64,000 nucleotides of DNA, taken from the IMG/VR virus record IMGVR_UViG_3300032215_000643, positions 14,923 to 78,922 of that record, one strand, 5' to 3'. This DNA comes from a virus. The translations under genes were made by a program, and so were the position numbers. Below are positions 20,809-31,179 of the stretch, one piece after another. Below the pieces are notes generated by a model. It was not told the DNA's origin. It saw only the letters and a list, made by a program, of their open reading frames with translations, and searched no databases. Numbering within the stretch: the first letter of the stretch is position 1; each line of letters starts with the position of its first letter.

Positions 20809-21093
20809 ATGACAGATTCCTACATTCTAGAAGGAACTGAAAGTGAATACCTTCTTGTTGTTAAAACTGAAGATGTAAATACCATATTATCGATTATAGA
20901 TCGCTTAAATACAAGTCGCCTTAAATGGATGAAAGACTTAGCCGCAGAATTAGAGAAGAGTTTACATGACGATGGTTGCAGAAGAAATTCTAGCAAGACT
21001 GGACCCAAAGACAAGACAAAGAGTACAACTAGCAACAAAGGTAGACGCACAAAAACAGCAAACCCCAAGTATCGGTCTAAACCTCGCACTTAA
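20809..21093 (+). CDS. Hypothetical protein overlapping recA
   Basis: Follows TATAAT at 20795; the 3' 128 nt overlap recA. Confidence 0.45.
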   Translation: MTDSYILEGTESEYLLVVKTEDVNTILSIIDRLNTSRLKWMKDLAAELEKSLHDDGCRRNSSKTGPKDKTKSTTSNKGRRTKTANPKYRSKPRT

Positions 21094-21970
21094 AGGTGGG
21101 CTTGGATATGGTCGTCAAGTTTTAATTTGGGGAAACAAGTCTGCTGGAAAGTCCTCCTTTTGTTTACAGATGATTGCGAAGGCTCAGGAGCAAGGTAAGA
21201 CGTGTGCGTGGATTGATGCAGAGAATTCTTATTCTGCTGAGTGGGCTGCCAAACTTGGCGTTGACTCAGAGAAATTGATTTATTCATCTGCTAAAACTAT
21301 TAATGACATGGTTGATGTTGGTGTTCAATTAATGCAGGCAGGTATTGATATAATAGTAGTAGACTCTATCTCTGCCTTACTTCCTGCCATTTATTTTGAG
21401 AAAGATGGAGAAGAGTTGAAGAATCTTCAGGACACTAAGCAAATTGGTGCTGAAGCAAAGGATATGACTCATGCAGTTAAGATGCTCAATTACGCGAATA
21501 AGGATACGTTACTCGTTCTTATTTCTCAACAGAGAAACCAATTTGGGTCTATGCACGCATCACATATCCCAACCGGAGGTATGGCGGTTAAATTCTTTTC
21601 CAGTACTGTCGTTAAACTCTGGTCATCCGAAGCCGAAGCGAATGCTATCAAGAATGGAATTCTTGTTGGTGACAAAATTATTGAGCAGAAGGTCGGACGA
21701 CCCGTTAACTGGATTGTTGACTACAACAAACTTGGACCTCCCAATCTCAGTGGACAGTATGACTTTTACTACCAAGGAAACGCAATCGGCGTTGATGGAG
21801 TTGGTGAAACGCTGGACGTTGCGGAAATGATGGGTATTGTTCAGCGCGGTGGTGCTTGGTATACAGTTGGAGAAGAGCGTTTGCAGGGTCGTGCAAAGGC
21901 TGTTGATTATCTCAGAAACAACCTAGACGTAGTTAAAAAATTACAGGAGGAAATATATGCCAGATCTTAA
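20966..21970 (+). CDS. recA: RecA/UvsX-like recombinase
   Basis: Walker A GNKSAGKSS, IDAE, VVDS, TGGMAVKFFS, GAWY. Confidence 0.93.
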   Translation: MTMVAEEILARLDPKTRQRVQLATKVDAQKQQTPSIGLNLALKGGLGYGRQVLIWGNKSAGKSSFCLQMIAKAQEQGKTCAWIDAENSYSAEWAAKLGVDSEKLIYSSAKTINDMVDVGVQLMQAGIDIIVVDSISALLPAIYFEKDGEELKNLQDTKQIGAEAKDMTHAVKMLNYANKDTLLVLISQQRNQFGSMHASHIPTGGMAVKFFSSTVVKLWSSEAEANAIKNGILVGDKIIEQKVGRPVNWIVDYNKLGPPNLSGQYDFYYQGNAIGVDGVGETLDVAEMMGIVQRGGAWYTVGEERLQGRAKAVDYLRNNLDVVKKLQEEIYARS

Positions 21971-22142
21971 GAGTTTCCTTGGTAAAGAGCCTGTAAATAA
22001 TTATGAGGGTTGGGAAGAAGTCATGGGTGAGTATGGTTGTTCTTCCTGTGATGAATCTAGTAATGTTGCTTATTTTAATGAAGTTGTTGGCAAGATGATT
22101 TGGATTTGTCCAAATAGGCATGAAACAATTTTTAAACTATGA
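21957..22142 (+). CDS. Small zinc-binding protein
   Basis: CSSC...CPNRH. Confidence 0.55.
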   Translation: MPDLKSFLGKEPVNNYEGWEEVMGEYGCSSCDESSNVAYFNEVVGKMIWICPNRHETIFKL

Positions 22143-22453
22143 GTGAAAGATCAGAAATTAAACGTGATGGTGCCAAAGCACAAAAAAATTCTGGGCGTGG
22201 ACAGTATCAAAAAGGTGACGCTCGTTGGAGAAACTTTGTGGTAGATTACAAAGAATACTCTAAGTCCTTCTCTTTGAATAAGTCTTCATGGGCTAAGATC
22301 TGTACAGATACCTTTAAGGTTAGTAGAGATTCGTTCCCTGTGTTGAAGGTGATTTTGGGTGATGGAAACGAAAAGACAAGGCTGGCAGTGATTGAGTGGG
22401 CTTTGCTAGAAGATTTATTGGATTGTTGGGAGTTTAATAATGACAGTGATTGA
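22139..22453 (+). CDS. PD-(D/E)XK Holliday junction resolvase-like protein
   Basis: 'E...KNSGRG..KGDA...DYKE' Hjc-like motif. Confidence 0.7.
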   Translation: MSERSEIKRDGAKAQKNSGRGQYQKGDARWRNFVVDYKEYSKSFSLNKSSWAKICTDTFKVSRDSFPVLKVILGDGNEKTRLAVIEWALLEDLLDCWEFNNDSD

Positions 22454-22757
22454 TCAGGTAAGTGAACTTACTGAGTTTAATGAATTGAAAGAGTTTATGA
22501 ATGATCCTGACCTTGATGAGGCTTTGGATCTGATTATTAAATTAATTTCTAAGCCTGATGTTCCTTCTATGAAGGCATTAGAATTAATTGTTAAACTTCA
22601 GGCTCTGAGTGCTAAGTTTGCGATGCTTGCTAGGTATTATACGTCGTTTGAAAAAGGTACTGATGCTTCTAAGAAGAAAAATGTTTATTATTCAATTGCA
22701 GATGCAATTGACAAGTTAGCGGCGGCAGTTAAATATTCTGTCAGAACTGGATACTGA
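22440..22757 (+). CDS. Helical hypothetical protein
   Basis: ORF in recombination operon. Confidence 0.55.
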   Translation: MTVIDQVSELTEFNELKEFMNDPDLDEALDLIIKLISKPDVPSMKALELIVKLQALSAKFAMLARYYTSFEKGTDASKKKNVYYSIADAIDKLAAAVKYSVRTGY

Positions 22758-22767
22758 TAGGATTATT

Positions 22768-23550
22768 ATGAGTAAAAGTATTATAGGTAGTTTAAAGTTT
22801 AAAAAAGTAGCAGACGGCGCGTTTGATCATGTGGAGTTTGCGAAAGAAATAGAAGAGGCTTATCTTTCTAGTCGTAAAACGGAATCTTTTACTCAGAAAA
22901 AAACTTTTAGTCCTAGTACAATGGGTTATGGTCATGGGAATTGCCCCCGTTATTGGTATATTGCTTTTTCTGGTGCAGATTTTAGTGATACTTTTACTGC
23001 GCAGGGTTTGGCAAATATGCAAAATGGTACTGCAGCGCATGATAGGCTTGGAAAAGTTTTAGAAAAAACTGGGAGATTGAAGAATGCTGAAATTGAAATT
23101 ACTTGCGAAGATCCACCCATTCGCGGGTTTATCGATGCTGTTCTTGAATGGGACGGTCAAGAAGTAATTGCAGAAATTAAGACTGCTAAAGAAGAAGTAT
23201 ATGCTATTCGTCAATCTAGTATGAAGCCTTCTGGCAATCATCTTCTTCAATTGCTTATCTATATGAAGTTGAGAGAAACTAATTCTGGAGTATTTATTTA
23301 TGAGAATAAGAATACACAAGAGTTGTGTCTAATCCCTATCAATATGAATGCAAAGAATATTAAAATTTCTGAAGAATTGTTTGAGTGGATGCGTGAAGTT
23401 TATTCTGCTTACAAGCAAGGTGATCTGCCTAAAAGAAGTTTCACTAAGTCAACTCAGTCCTGTAAGGGGTGTCCAGTTAAATTAGAATGCTGGAATAATT
23501 TAGATGCTGGTGAAAAAGATGTTGCAGCATATGTGGTGCCTAAATTATGA
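22768..23550 (+). CDS. Cas4-like PD-(D/E)XK exonuclease
   Basis: CPR; G..D...EIKT; QLLIY; C-terminal CxxCxxxxxC Fe-S ligands. Confidence 0.85.
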   Translation: MSKSIIGSLKFKKVADGAFDHVEFAKEIEEAYLSSRKTESFTQKKTFSPSTMGYGHGNCPRYWYIAFSGADFSDTFTAQGLANMQNGTAAHDRLGKVLEKTGRLKNAEIEITCEDPPIRGFIDAVLEWDGQEVIAEIKTAKEEVYAIRQSSMKPSGNHLLQLLIYMKLRETNSGVFIYENKNTQELCLIPINMNAKNIKISEELFEWMREVYSAYKQGDLPKRSFTKSTQSCKGCPVKLECWNNLDAGEKDVAAYVVPKL

Positions 23551-23843
23551 AATCTCAGAAATGTGCCTATGCTGAATGTGGGAAAGAATTTGTAAAGTCT
23601 ACTCACAATCAAAAGTATTGTTCAGATGATTGTTGTAGGACTGCAACTAACTTAAAGATTCGTGAAAAGTATTATGAGAATAAAGAGCGTTTAAATGGTA
23701 AAAAAAGAATATGTTCTAAGTCCCGTTGTAAGAATGTTTTGAGTAGATATAATGTTTTAGATATATGTCAAGAGTGTCAGGGTAAAGTTGAAATAGATCA
23801 AAGAAGTAAATTAATTGGAATGTTGAAAAGTGTCTCTGGCTAA
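23547..23843 (+). CDS. Cys-rich zinc-finger protein
   Basis: C...C, YCS..C and further CxxC motifs. Confidence 0.6.
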   Translation: MKSQKCAYAECGKEFVKSTHNQKYCSDDCCRTATNLKIREKYYENKERLNGKKRICSKSRCKNVLSRYNVLDICQECQGKVEIDQRSKLIGMLKSVSG

Positions 23844-24396
23844 ACTTCATAAGTCAAAGGCTCATAGAATTCTGGGTATAGATGCTAGTACGTTGAGCAT
23901 CGCTTTTTGTATTTTAGAAGATAGTAAGCCTGTTTCTTATGGTGAAATAACTTTTGAAGGTTCTGACGTTTATGAAAGAATGTTGGATGCTAAAAGAAAA
24001 ATTCGGGCGTTGAAAAATCTTGGTATGTTTGATGTAGATTTTGTGGCAATTGAGGCTGGCGTTGTTGTGAAGTCTATTCATATTGGTATTAAGATGGCCT
24101 ATATCTTTGGTGTGATTATGGCAGAGTTGCTTGAGAATAATATTGAGGTTGTTGAGTGTCATCCTATAACGTGGCAGTCTTTTATTGGTAATAAGAATTA
24201 TACTAAAGTTCAGAAGCAGGCAGTAAAAGATGAATTTCCCGGTAAATCTGAGACATGGTATAAAAATAAAATCAGACAGAACAGGAAAGCATTTACTTTA
24301 CAGTTTATGCATGATAAGGGTATAATTACTACTAGCGATAATGTTGCTGACGCAGCGGGTCTGGCTTGGTACGCCTCCCATAATCTTACGAGGTAA
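23830..24396 (+). CDS. RuvC-like resolvase
   Basis: ILGIDAS, VAIE, DNVADA catalytic pattern. Confidence 0.8.
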   Translation: MSLAKLHKSKAHRILGIDASTLSIAFCILEDSKPVSYGEITFEGSDVYERMLDAKRKIRALKNLGMFDVDFVAIEAGVVVKSIHIGIKMAYIFGVIMAELLENNIEVVECHPITWQSFIGNKNYTKVQKQAVKDEFPGKSETWYKNKIRQNRKAFTLQFMHDKGIITTSDNVADAAGLAWYASHNLTR

Positions 24397-24397
24397 T

Positions 24398-24547
24398 ATG
24401 GTTAAACTTTATGAGTCAAAGCAATGGCTTTATAAAAGGTATGTAGTTGAAAAGAAAAATATTGTGCAGATGGCGCAAGAAGCAAACTGTAGTCATATGA
24501 CTATTCAGCGTGCCTTAGAAAAAACGGGCCTTAGTAGAAAAAAATAA
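24398..24547 (+). CDS. Small HTH protein
   Basis: 'WLYKRY...[19 protein letters not shown]'. Confidence 0.6.
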   Translation: MVKLYESKQWLYKRYVVEKKNIVQMAQEANCSHMTIQRALEKTGLSRKK

Positions 24548-24548
24548 T

Positions 24549-25580
24549 ATGAAAAAAGCATTGATAACTGGGGTTACTGGGCAGGACGGTTCTTATTTAG
24601 CGGAACTTCTTCTTAGTAAGGGGTACGATGTTCATGGTATGAAGAGAAGGTCTTCTTCTATTAATACTGAAAGAGTTAATCATATTTATGATAACAAGAA
24701 TTTTAAGTTGCATTATGGAGATTTAACAGATGCAACTAGTACAATGCATTTGATTTCTGATATTCAACCAGATGAAATATATAATCTTGGTGCCCAGAGT
24801 CATGTGCAGGTTTCATTTGAGATCCCAGAATATACTGCACAGGTAGATGCTATTGGAACTTTAAGAATTTTAGAGGCAGTTCGTCTTTTAGGCATGAAAG
24901 ATAGAACTAGGATTTATCAAGCATCTACTTCAGAATTGTACGGTTTAGTTCAGGAAGTTCCTCAAAAGGAGACTACTCCTTTTTATCCAAGGTCACCTTA
25001 TGGTGTCGCAAAATTGTATGGTTTTTGGATTGTAAAAAATTATAGAGAATCTTATGGGCTTCATGCAAGTTCTGGAATTTTATTTAATCATGAATCTCCA
25101 CGTCGTGGTGAGACGTTTGTAACGAGAAAGATCGTAATGGGATTGGCAAATATTTTTGCGGGTAATCAAGAAGTGATAAGACTTGGTAATTTAAATGCTC
25201 GCAGAGATTGGGGCCATGCTAAAGATTTTGTGGAAGCCATGTGGTCGATGTTGCAGCAAGAAGTTCCAGATGATTATGTTATTGCTACTGGAAAACAGTA
25301 CTCTATTAAAGAGTTTGTTGAGGCTTGTTCTCCATATTTTAATATGTCAATTGAATGGCGTGGCGAGGGTGTTAATGAAGTAGGAATTGATACTAATACG
25401 GGTAATCTTGTTATTGAAGTTGATTCACAATATTTTAGGCCGTCTGAAGTTGATAGCCTTTTGGGTGATGCAAGTAAGGCAAGACGTAATCTATCTTGGG
25501 AACCTAAAATAACATTTGAAGAATTAGTAAGTGACATGTGTGTGAGTGAATTAAATTTAATAAAAAGGAATAGTAAATGA
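24549..25580 (+). CDS. gmd: GDP-mannose 4,6-dehydratase
   Basis: [49 protein letters not shown]. Confidence 0.97.
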   Translation: MKKALITGVTGQDGSYLAELLLSKGYDVHGMKRRSSSINTERVNHIYDNKNFKLHYGDLTDATSTMHLISDIQPDEIYNLGAQSHVQVSFEIPEYTAQVDAIGTLRILEAVRLLGMKDRTRIYQASTSELYGLVQEVPQKETTPFYPRSPYGVAKLYGFWIVKNYRESYGLHASSGILFNHESPRRGETFVTRKIVMGLANIFAGNQEVIRLGNLNARRDWGHAKDFVEAMWSMLQQEVPDDYVIATGKQYSIKEFVEACSPYFNMSIEWRGEGVNEVGIDTNTGNLVIEVDSQYFRPSEVDSLLGDASKARRNLSWEPKITFEELVSDMCVSELNLIKRNSK

Positions 25581-26194
25581 AATCAAAAGAGAAGTTTGTA
25601 ATTAGTAAGAGTGAAGTTCGTAGTTTTGATCGTTCCCACCTTAACGAATTTGCTTTGTATGAAGGAAATTTTGAAGGTCAGGGTTTTATTCTGGACCGTG
25701 ACCCAAGGTATGAAGACCCATATAACTTGTATGGATATCTTTCTCATAAATTTAACAATACGACTATTCTGGATATTGGTACGCGCAGTGGCAATTCGGC
25801 GATTTCCTTTTCTTCCAATCCAAACAACAAGGTAATATCTTTTGATATTAAAGAATGGCCTAGTTTTAAAAATCTAAAGAAAGATAATATTGAACTCCGA
25901 CTTGGAGATTTTATGCAAGATACAAGCATCAATTATGAAGAAGTATCCATTATCATGATTGATGTTGATCCTCATGATGGGCTACAAGAGCCTCCCATGC
26001 TAGAGTTTTTGCGTAACATAGGTTGGAGTGGATTGTTATTACTTGATGATACTGGACCAAACCTGTTCCCTGCTATCTACTATATGTGGATGACTATTCC
26101 AGAAGAAAAATTTGACCTAACAGATATTGCACATTTTTCAGGAACCGGATTGCTAAATTTTGGGGACAAGTACGACATAGAGATAGTAGAATAA
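25577..26194 (+). CDS. Class I SAM-dependent methyltransferase
   Basis: [11 protein letters not shown] motif I; IDVDPH; LLDD. Confidence 0.75.
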   Translation: MKSKEKFVISKSEVRSFDRSHLNEFALYEGNFEGQGFILDRDPRYEDPYNLYGYLSHKFNNTTILDIGTRSGNSAISFSSNPNNKVISFDIKEWPSFKNLKKDNIELRLGDFMQDTSINYEEVSIIMIDVDPHDGLQEPPMLEFLRNIGWSGLLLLDDTGPNLFPAIYYMWMTIPEEKFDLTDIAHFSGTGLLNFGDKYDIEIVE

Positions 26195-27018
26195 TGAGAA
26201 TCCTAGTTCTTGGTTCTGATGGGCAGATAGGTTCGCACCTTGTCAAATATTTAGAAAACCTTAATCATACAGTGGTTCGTTGGGATAATGCTTCTGAGTT
26301 TGAAAAAGATTTACGCATAGTCAATGACAAGTTTGAGGTAGAGGTTTCTGATTCTGATTTTGTTTTCTTTCTCGCCTTTGATGTTGGTGGCTCAAGGTAC
26401 CTTTCAAAATACCAGAATACATATAGTTTTTTAAATAATAATATTAAAATAATGGATAATGTGTTCAATGTTTTAAACAAAACTAAGAAACCTTTTATAT
26501 TTTTAAGTAGTCAGATGTCGAATATGATTCATTCTCCTTATGGAATAACTAAATTGGTTGGTGAATCGTATACTAAAACTATTGGTGGATTGTCAGTAAG
26601 GTTGTGGAATGTTTACGGTTTAGAGAGTGATCCCGAAAAGTTTCATGTGATTACTGATTTTATTAATATGGCTAGAAATGATGGGTATATTAAAATGATG
26701 ACTGATGGAAAAGAATCAAGAGATTTGCTTTATGTAGAAGATTGTTGCGAGGGTCTGGTTAATGTTATGGAAAATTATGAAAATATTTCAAGTGAAGAAA
26801 ACCTTTGCCTAGCGTCATTTGAAAATGTTACGATCAAAGAGGTCGCAGATATTATTGCAGAAAAGTATTCTGTAAATGTAATTGCTGGTGATAAAATTGA
26901 TTTAATTCAATTAGATATGAAGAATCAACCCGGTCAAGAAATTTTAAAATACTGGAGTCCTAAGACAGCGTTACGGGATGGTATCTATAAAATAGTAGAA
27001 GAAATGGAAAATAGATGA
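26194..27018 (+). CDS. NAD-dependent sugar epimerase/dehydratase
   Basis: GSDGQIG Rossmann motif, YGITK, NVYG, RDLLYVED. Confidence 0.88.
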   Translation: MRILVLGSDGQIGSHLVKYLENLNHTVVRWDNASEFEKDLRIVNDKFEVEVSDSDFVFFLAFDVGGSRYLSKYQNTYSFLNNNIKIMDNVFNVLNKTKKPFIFLSSQMSNMIHSPYGITKLVGESYTKTIGGLSVRLWNVYGLESDPEKFHVITDFINMARNDGYIKMMTDGKESRDLLYVEDCCEGLVNVMENYENISSEENLCLASFENVTIKEVADIIAEKYSVNVIAGDKIDLIQLDMKNQPGQEILKYWSPKTALRDGIYKIVEEMENR

Positions 27019-27827
27019 TAAAAGTAGATTTACATTCTGCTGAAATTTTTACTGAAGTTCGTGCTACTTCTTTAAATAATTTTAATAAAAATTTTCATTG
27101 GGTTCAAGATGGTACGGGTGACATTGAAATGTTTATAGATAGGCATATTCAATTAAAAACTAGTGATTTTCATTCTTTATCTAAGCCTTCATACGGATGG
27201 CTATTGGAATCAAAAACTATTATTCCCGAAATTTATCAATGGGTGGAGGATTATAAAAGTTATCTTAAGTTAAACTTTAAAGGAATTTTTACTCATGATG
27301 CTGAACTGTCTAAAAAAGATCCAGACTTTTTTCTTTTAACAATGTGTAACGCAGCACCTTGGGTCACTGATAGGAATATTCATCCTAAAAGCAAATTGAT
27401 ATCAATGATTAGTTCTGATAAAAGTTTTGCAGAGGGGCATAGGCATAGGTTGTCCTTGGTGGATAAGTATAGGAATGGGGTAGATCTTTATGGAAGAGGG
27501 ATTAGAACTTTTAGTCGTAAAGAGGAACCCCTAGTGGATTATATGTTTTCTATTAATATAGAAAATGCTAAGTATGATAATTATTTTACAGAAAAACTTA
27601 CAGACTGTTTTGCCTGCGGAACGGTACCTATTTTTTATGGTTCTGATGCTATAGTTGATGAGATGTTTGATAGTAGGGGCGTTATTAAACTTACCCATGA
27701 TTTTTCAATTGATCAAGTATCTAAAGATTTGTATTACGATATGATGCCCTATATTAAAAATAATTTTGAAATCGCTTGTCAAATTAAAACAGCGGAAGAT
27801 TACATAGAAGAAAAATATTTTGCATGA
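27015..27827 (+). CDS. GT10-like alpha-1,3/4-fucosyltransferase
   Basis: 'YMFSINIEN...YFTEKL.DCF..GTVPIFYG' FucT motif. Confidence 0.75.
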   Translation: MIKVDLHSAEIFTEVRATSLNNFNKNFHWVQDGTGDIEMFIDRHIQLKTSDFHSLSKPSYGWLLESKTIIPEIYQWVEDYKSYLKLNFKGIFTHDAELSKKDPDFFLLTMCNAAPWVTDRNIHPKSKLISMISSDKSFAEGHRHRLSLVDKYRNGVDLYGRGIRTFSRKEEPLVDYMFSINIENAKYDNYFTEKLTDCFACGTVPIFYGSDAIVDEMFDSRGVIKLTHDFSIDQVSKDLYYDMMPYIKNNFEIACQIKTAEDYIEEKYFA

Positions 27828-29194
27828 TTGAATTAATAATTTTTGACCTAGATGGTGTTCTAGTGGATATTAAAAAGTTGCATTTTGATGCTTTAAATGA
27901 AGCGTTGTCTGAAGTTGACTCTAATTATATTATTAATCATGATGAGCATTTATCTATTTATGATGGGCTTAAGACTAAAGAAAAATTAAATATGCTTACT
28001 AGGAACAAGGGTTTGCCCGAAAAAGATCATGATAAAGTGTGGTCTAGAAAACAGCAATTGACAATGGAAATGCTAGATTGTTTAGAGCCTAATGAAGATT
28101 TAATTTATGCAATTAAAAAATTAAAAGAGTCTGGATTCAAGGTTGCTTGCTGTTCTAATTCAATCGTGTCTACAATAAATAAAGCATTAGAAAAAATTGG
28201 TGTAATTGAATATTTTGATAATATTCAGGGAAATGATAATGCAATAAACTCTAAGCCCCATCCTGAATTGTACTGGAGGGCGATGATTACTTTAAGCGTA
28301 ATGCCAGAGAAAACTTTAATTGTAGAAGATTCTCCGATTGGCTTGCTTGCAGCAAAGCGGTCTGGTGCCCATTTTATCAGGGTAAATAATAGTAATGATT
28401 TGAAAATAGAAAGATTAGAAAGTGAATTAAATTCTTTAGATAGCAAATTAGAAGTTAATTGGAAAGATCCACGGTTAAATGTTGTGATCCCAATGGCTGG
28501 TAGTGGAACAAGGTTTCAAAAGGCTGGCTATACTTTCCCTAAACCATTGATTGATGTAAATGGAAAGCCGATGATTCAGTGGGTAGTAGATAATCTTGGG
28601 ATAGAAGCAAATTTTATATTTATTGTGCAAAAAACTCATAGAGAAAAGTACAATCTTGATTCTATGCTTAATTTAATTTCACCTAAATGTAAGATAGTAG
28701 AAGTTGATGGGATTACTGATGGGGCTGCTTGCACTACGTTGCTTGCTAAAGAGTATATAAATAATGATGCCCCGATGCTAATGGCAAATTCAGATCAGTT
28801 TTTAGAGTGGGCTTCTTCTGAATTTCTTTATAAGATGTATGAGCAAGGCAATGATGGTGGGATTGTTACTTTTAAGTCTACTCACCCTAAATGGTCGTTT
28901 GCTAAGACAGATGATTTTGGTAAAGTTTTAGAGGTAGCAGAAAAGAATCCTATATCTGATAATGCTACTGCTGGAATTTATTATTGGAAGCATGGAAGTG
29001 ATTATGTTAAATACGCTGAGCAGATGATTGCTAAAGAAGTTCGCGTGAATAATGAATTTTATGTGTGTCCAGTTTTTAATGAAGCGATAGAAGATGGTAA
29101 GGATATTAAAATTTTTAATATTGAAAAGATGTGGGGTCTGGGTACACCAGAAGATTTGAATCATTTTTTGAACAATTATGAAAGAAAACATTAA
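27824..29194 (+). CDS. HAD phosphatase-nucleotidyltransferase fusion
   Basis: N-terminal FDLDGVL, KPHP and EDS; C-terminal IPMAGSGTRF...PKPLI and LGTPEDL. Confidence 0.88.
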   Translation: MIELIIFDLDGVLVDIKKLHFDALNEALSEVDSNYIINHDEHLSIYDGLKTKEKLNMLTRNKGLPEKDHDKVWSRKQQLTMEMLDCLEPNEDLIYAIKKLKESGFKVACCSNSIVSTINKALEKIGVIEYFDNIQGNDNAINSKPHPELYWRAMITLSVMPEKTLIVEDSPIGLLAAKRSGAHFIRVNNSNDLKIERLESELNSLDSKLEVNWKDPRLNVVIPMAGSGTRFQKAGYTFPKPLIDVNGKPMIQWVVDNLGIEANFIFIVQKTHREKYNLDSMLNLISPKCKIVEVDGITDGAACTTLLAKEYINNDAPMLMANSDQFLEWASSEFLYKMYEQGNDGGIVTFKSTHPKWSFAKTDDFGKVLEVAEKNPISDNATAGIYYWKHGSDYVKYAEQMIAKEVRVNNEFYVCPVFNEAIEDGKDIKIFNIEKMWGLGTPEDLNHFLNNYERKH

Positions 29195-30024
29195 TGAAGA
29201 AGTCCTGTTTTGTTTGTCCTGTTCACCCTCCTAAATATCATTTTGCTGAGCAACTTGTTCAAAGTTATAATAATTTTTATGAAGATTCAGATTTATTTTT
29301 GGTATTTTCAAATGTTGAGGAAAGACTGTTATTTGAAGAATTAACATTAAATAAGAATTTAAATTATAAGAGCATAATTTTTTCAGAAACTTTAAGTGAT
29401 TATCCTATTACACAAAAAAAGTTCTTTGGGCTTCAGTATGTGTTTGAGAATACGGATTTTGAAAAAGTTGGCGTGATAGATTGTGATTCAGTATTTATTA
29501 AAACTGTTGATTATGATTTCCTGTTTGATGAGTTTTATGAAAAGAAAAAGATTTATGGCACAACGCTTACAGAACATGGTGGTGTTTTGCCACCGGGAGC
29601 AATTAGAACAATAACTTCATCACCTCTTCCTCTTTTTAGTGAAGAAGATCAGAACGATATAATTTTAAAAACAAACAATCTGAGTTTGTATTTTTGGTTT
29701 AATAATATTCCAATATATGAAAAAACTAATTTTAAAAATTTTATTGAGTATATTGATTATGATGGGAGTAAATTAAATCCTGTAGGTTTGGATTTTGATT
29801 TTATTGTATATTGTTATTTCTTAATGATAAAAGATCTTATTGTTTTAGAGGATATGAATTTTGAAATAGAGTTGGGTTTTTTGGAAGAGCAAAAAAATAT
29901 TCCTGTTGAAATTTTTGTGCCGTTGTTTCAAAAGATCGAACCGTTTTGGCTAACAAAACCTGAGTATCTTCCAGAAGAGATGTTAAAAAATGTTTTTATT
30001 AAATTTCATGTGGATCGTTTGTAG
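29194..30024 (+). CDS. Putative GT-A glycosyltransferase
   Basis: IDCDSVF DxD motif; glycan-cluster context. Confidence 0.45.
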   Translation: MKKSCFVCPVHPPKYHFAEQLVQSYNNFYEDSDLFLVFSNVEERLLFEELTLNKNLNYKSIIFSETLSDYPITQKKFFGLQYVFENTDFEKVGVIDCDSVFIKTVDYDFLFDEFYEKKKIYGTTLTEHGGVLPPGAIRTITSSPLPLFSEEDQNDIILKTNNLSLYFWFNNIPIYEKTNFKNFIEYIDYDGSKLNPVGLDFDFIVYCYFLMIKDLIVLEDMNFEIELGFLEEQKNIPVEIFVPLFQKIEPFWLTKPEYLPEEMLKNVFIKFHVDRL

Positions 30025-30029
30025 GTTAT

Positions 30030-30476
30030 GTGATTAAAATAATATGTCATCGTGGAAATATTGATGGTCCTGATCATTTAAAAGAAAATGATCCATCCTT
30101 TATTCAATCTGCATTGGACTTGGGTTTTGATGTAGAAGTAGATGTTTGGCTGATGGATGAAAAGTATTACCTTGGTCATGATGAGCCGCAGTACGAGACT
30201 TCTTTGTTATGGTTAGAAGATCGTAGTGACAAATTGTGGATACATTGTAAGAATTTTGAAGCATTAAAGTCTTTTAGTTTAAATAATAATTTAAATTATT
30301 TCTGGCATCAAGAGGACAAGTTTACTTTGACATCTAAAAGATTTATTTGGACTTATCCAAATAACGAATTGGGTCAAAGTTCGGTGTGCGTATTGCCAGA
30401 AAAGGGATTTATTGGTACACTAGATAAGTGTCACGCTGTTTGCACCGATTATCCTATGAGGTATAGTGGATTTTAG
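30030..30476 (+). CDS. GDPD/PLC-like phosphodiesterase
   Basis: HRGN...EN...GFDVEVDV...LGHD. Confidence 0.8.
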   Translation: MIKIICHRGNIDGPDHLKENDPSFIQSALDLGFDVEVDVWLMDEKYYLGHDEPQYETSLLWLEDRSDKLWIHCKNFEALKSFSLNNNLNYFWHQEDKFTLTSKRFIWTYPNNELGQSSVCVLPEKGFIGTLDKCHAVCTDYPMRYSGF

Positions 30477-31179
30477 TTTTGGAATCATAACCGATGGTTC
30501 TTCTGATCACAATATAAGTTTGATGATCGATAGTATTGAAAGAATGAATATTCCCAATTATGAAATAATTATAATTGGGAACTCTGCTATCTCAAGGAAG
30601 AATACTACAGTAGTCCCCTTCGCGGAAGAAGTTTTACAAATGTGGATTACTCATAAAAAGAATCTAATAACAAAAAATGCTAAGTATGAGAATATAGTTT
30701 ATTTACATGACTATATAATTTTTAATGAATATTGGTATCAAGGGTTTTTAATTCATGGAAATGATTTTAATGTCTGTATGACAAAGATAATCAATTTAGA
30801 TGGTAGTCGTTTTAGAGATTGGGTTCTTTGGCCTCATAATAATAATGACATGGACGCTCTTACTCATCCATCACTTCAATGTTTAATCCCATATGAAGTT
30901 AGAAATCTTTCAAAATACATGTATATTTCTGGTTCTTATTGGGTTGCAAAAAAGACACTCATGGAAGAATTCCCTTTGGATGAGAGCCTTGTCTGGGGTC
31001 AGGGGGAAGATGTTGAATGGTCGTTTCGGGTTAGAGATAAGTTTGATTTTTCTATGAATGAATTGTCTAGTGTCCATTTGCTGAAGTATAAGCCAGCAGT
31101 ATTTTATCCTCCAGATGAGAATACGCTTGAGTTGTTAAAGAAATTTGGTAATGATACAGAAGAATTGGAAGTTTTATGA
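30466..31179 (+). CDS. GT2-like glycosyltransferase
   Basis: YEIIIIG, KKN...AKYENIVYLHD, GEDVEWS. Confidence 0.75.
   Translation: MDFSFGIITDGSSDHNISLMIDSIERMNIPNYEIIIIGNSAISRKNTTVVPFAEEVLQMWITHKKNLITKNAKYENIVYLHDYIIFNEYWYQGFLIHGNDFNVCMTKIINLDGSRFRDWVLWPHNNNDMDALTHPSLQCLIPYEVRNLSKYMYISGSYWVAKKTLMEEFPLDESLVWGQGEDVEWSFRVRDKFDFSMNELSSVHLLKYKPAVFYPPDENTLELLKKFGNDTEELEVL

Noticed and set aside
22768-23550. Cas4-like gene as evidence of CRISPR-Cas
   Set aside because: Solo Cas4-like nucleases are common in phage recombination modules; no array or other cas genes are present
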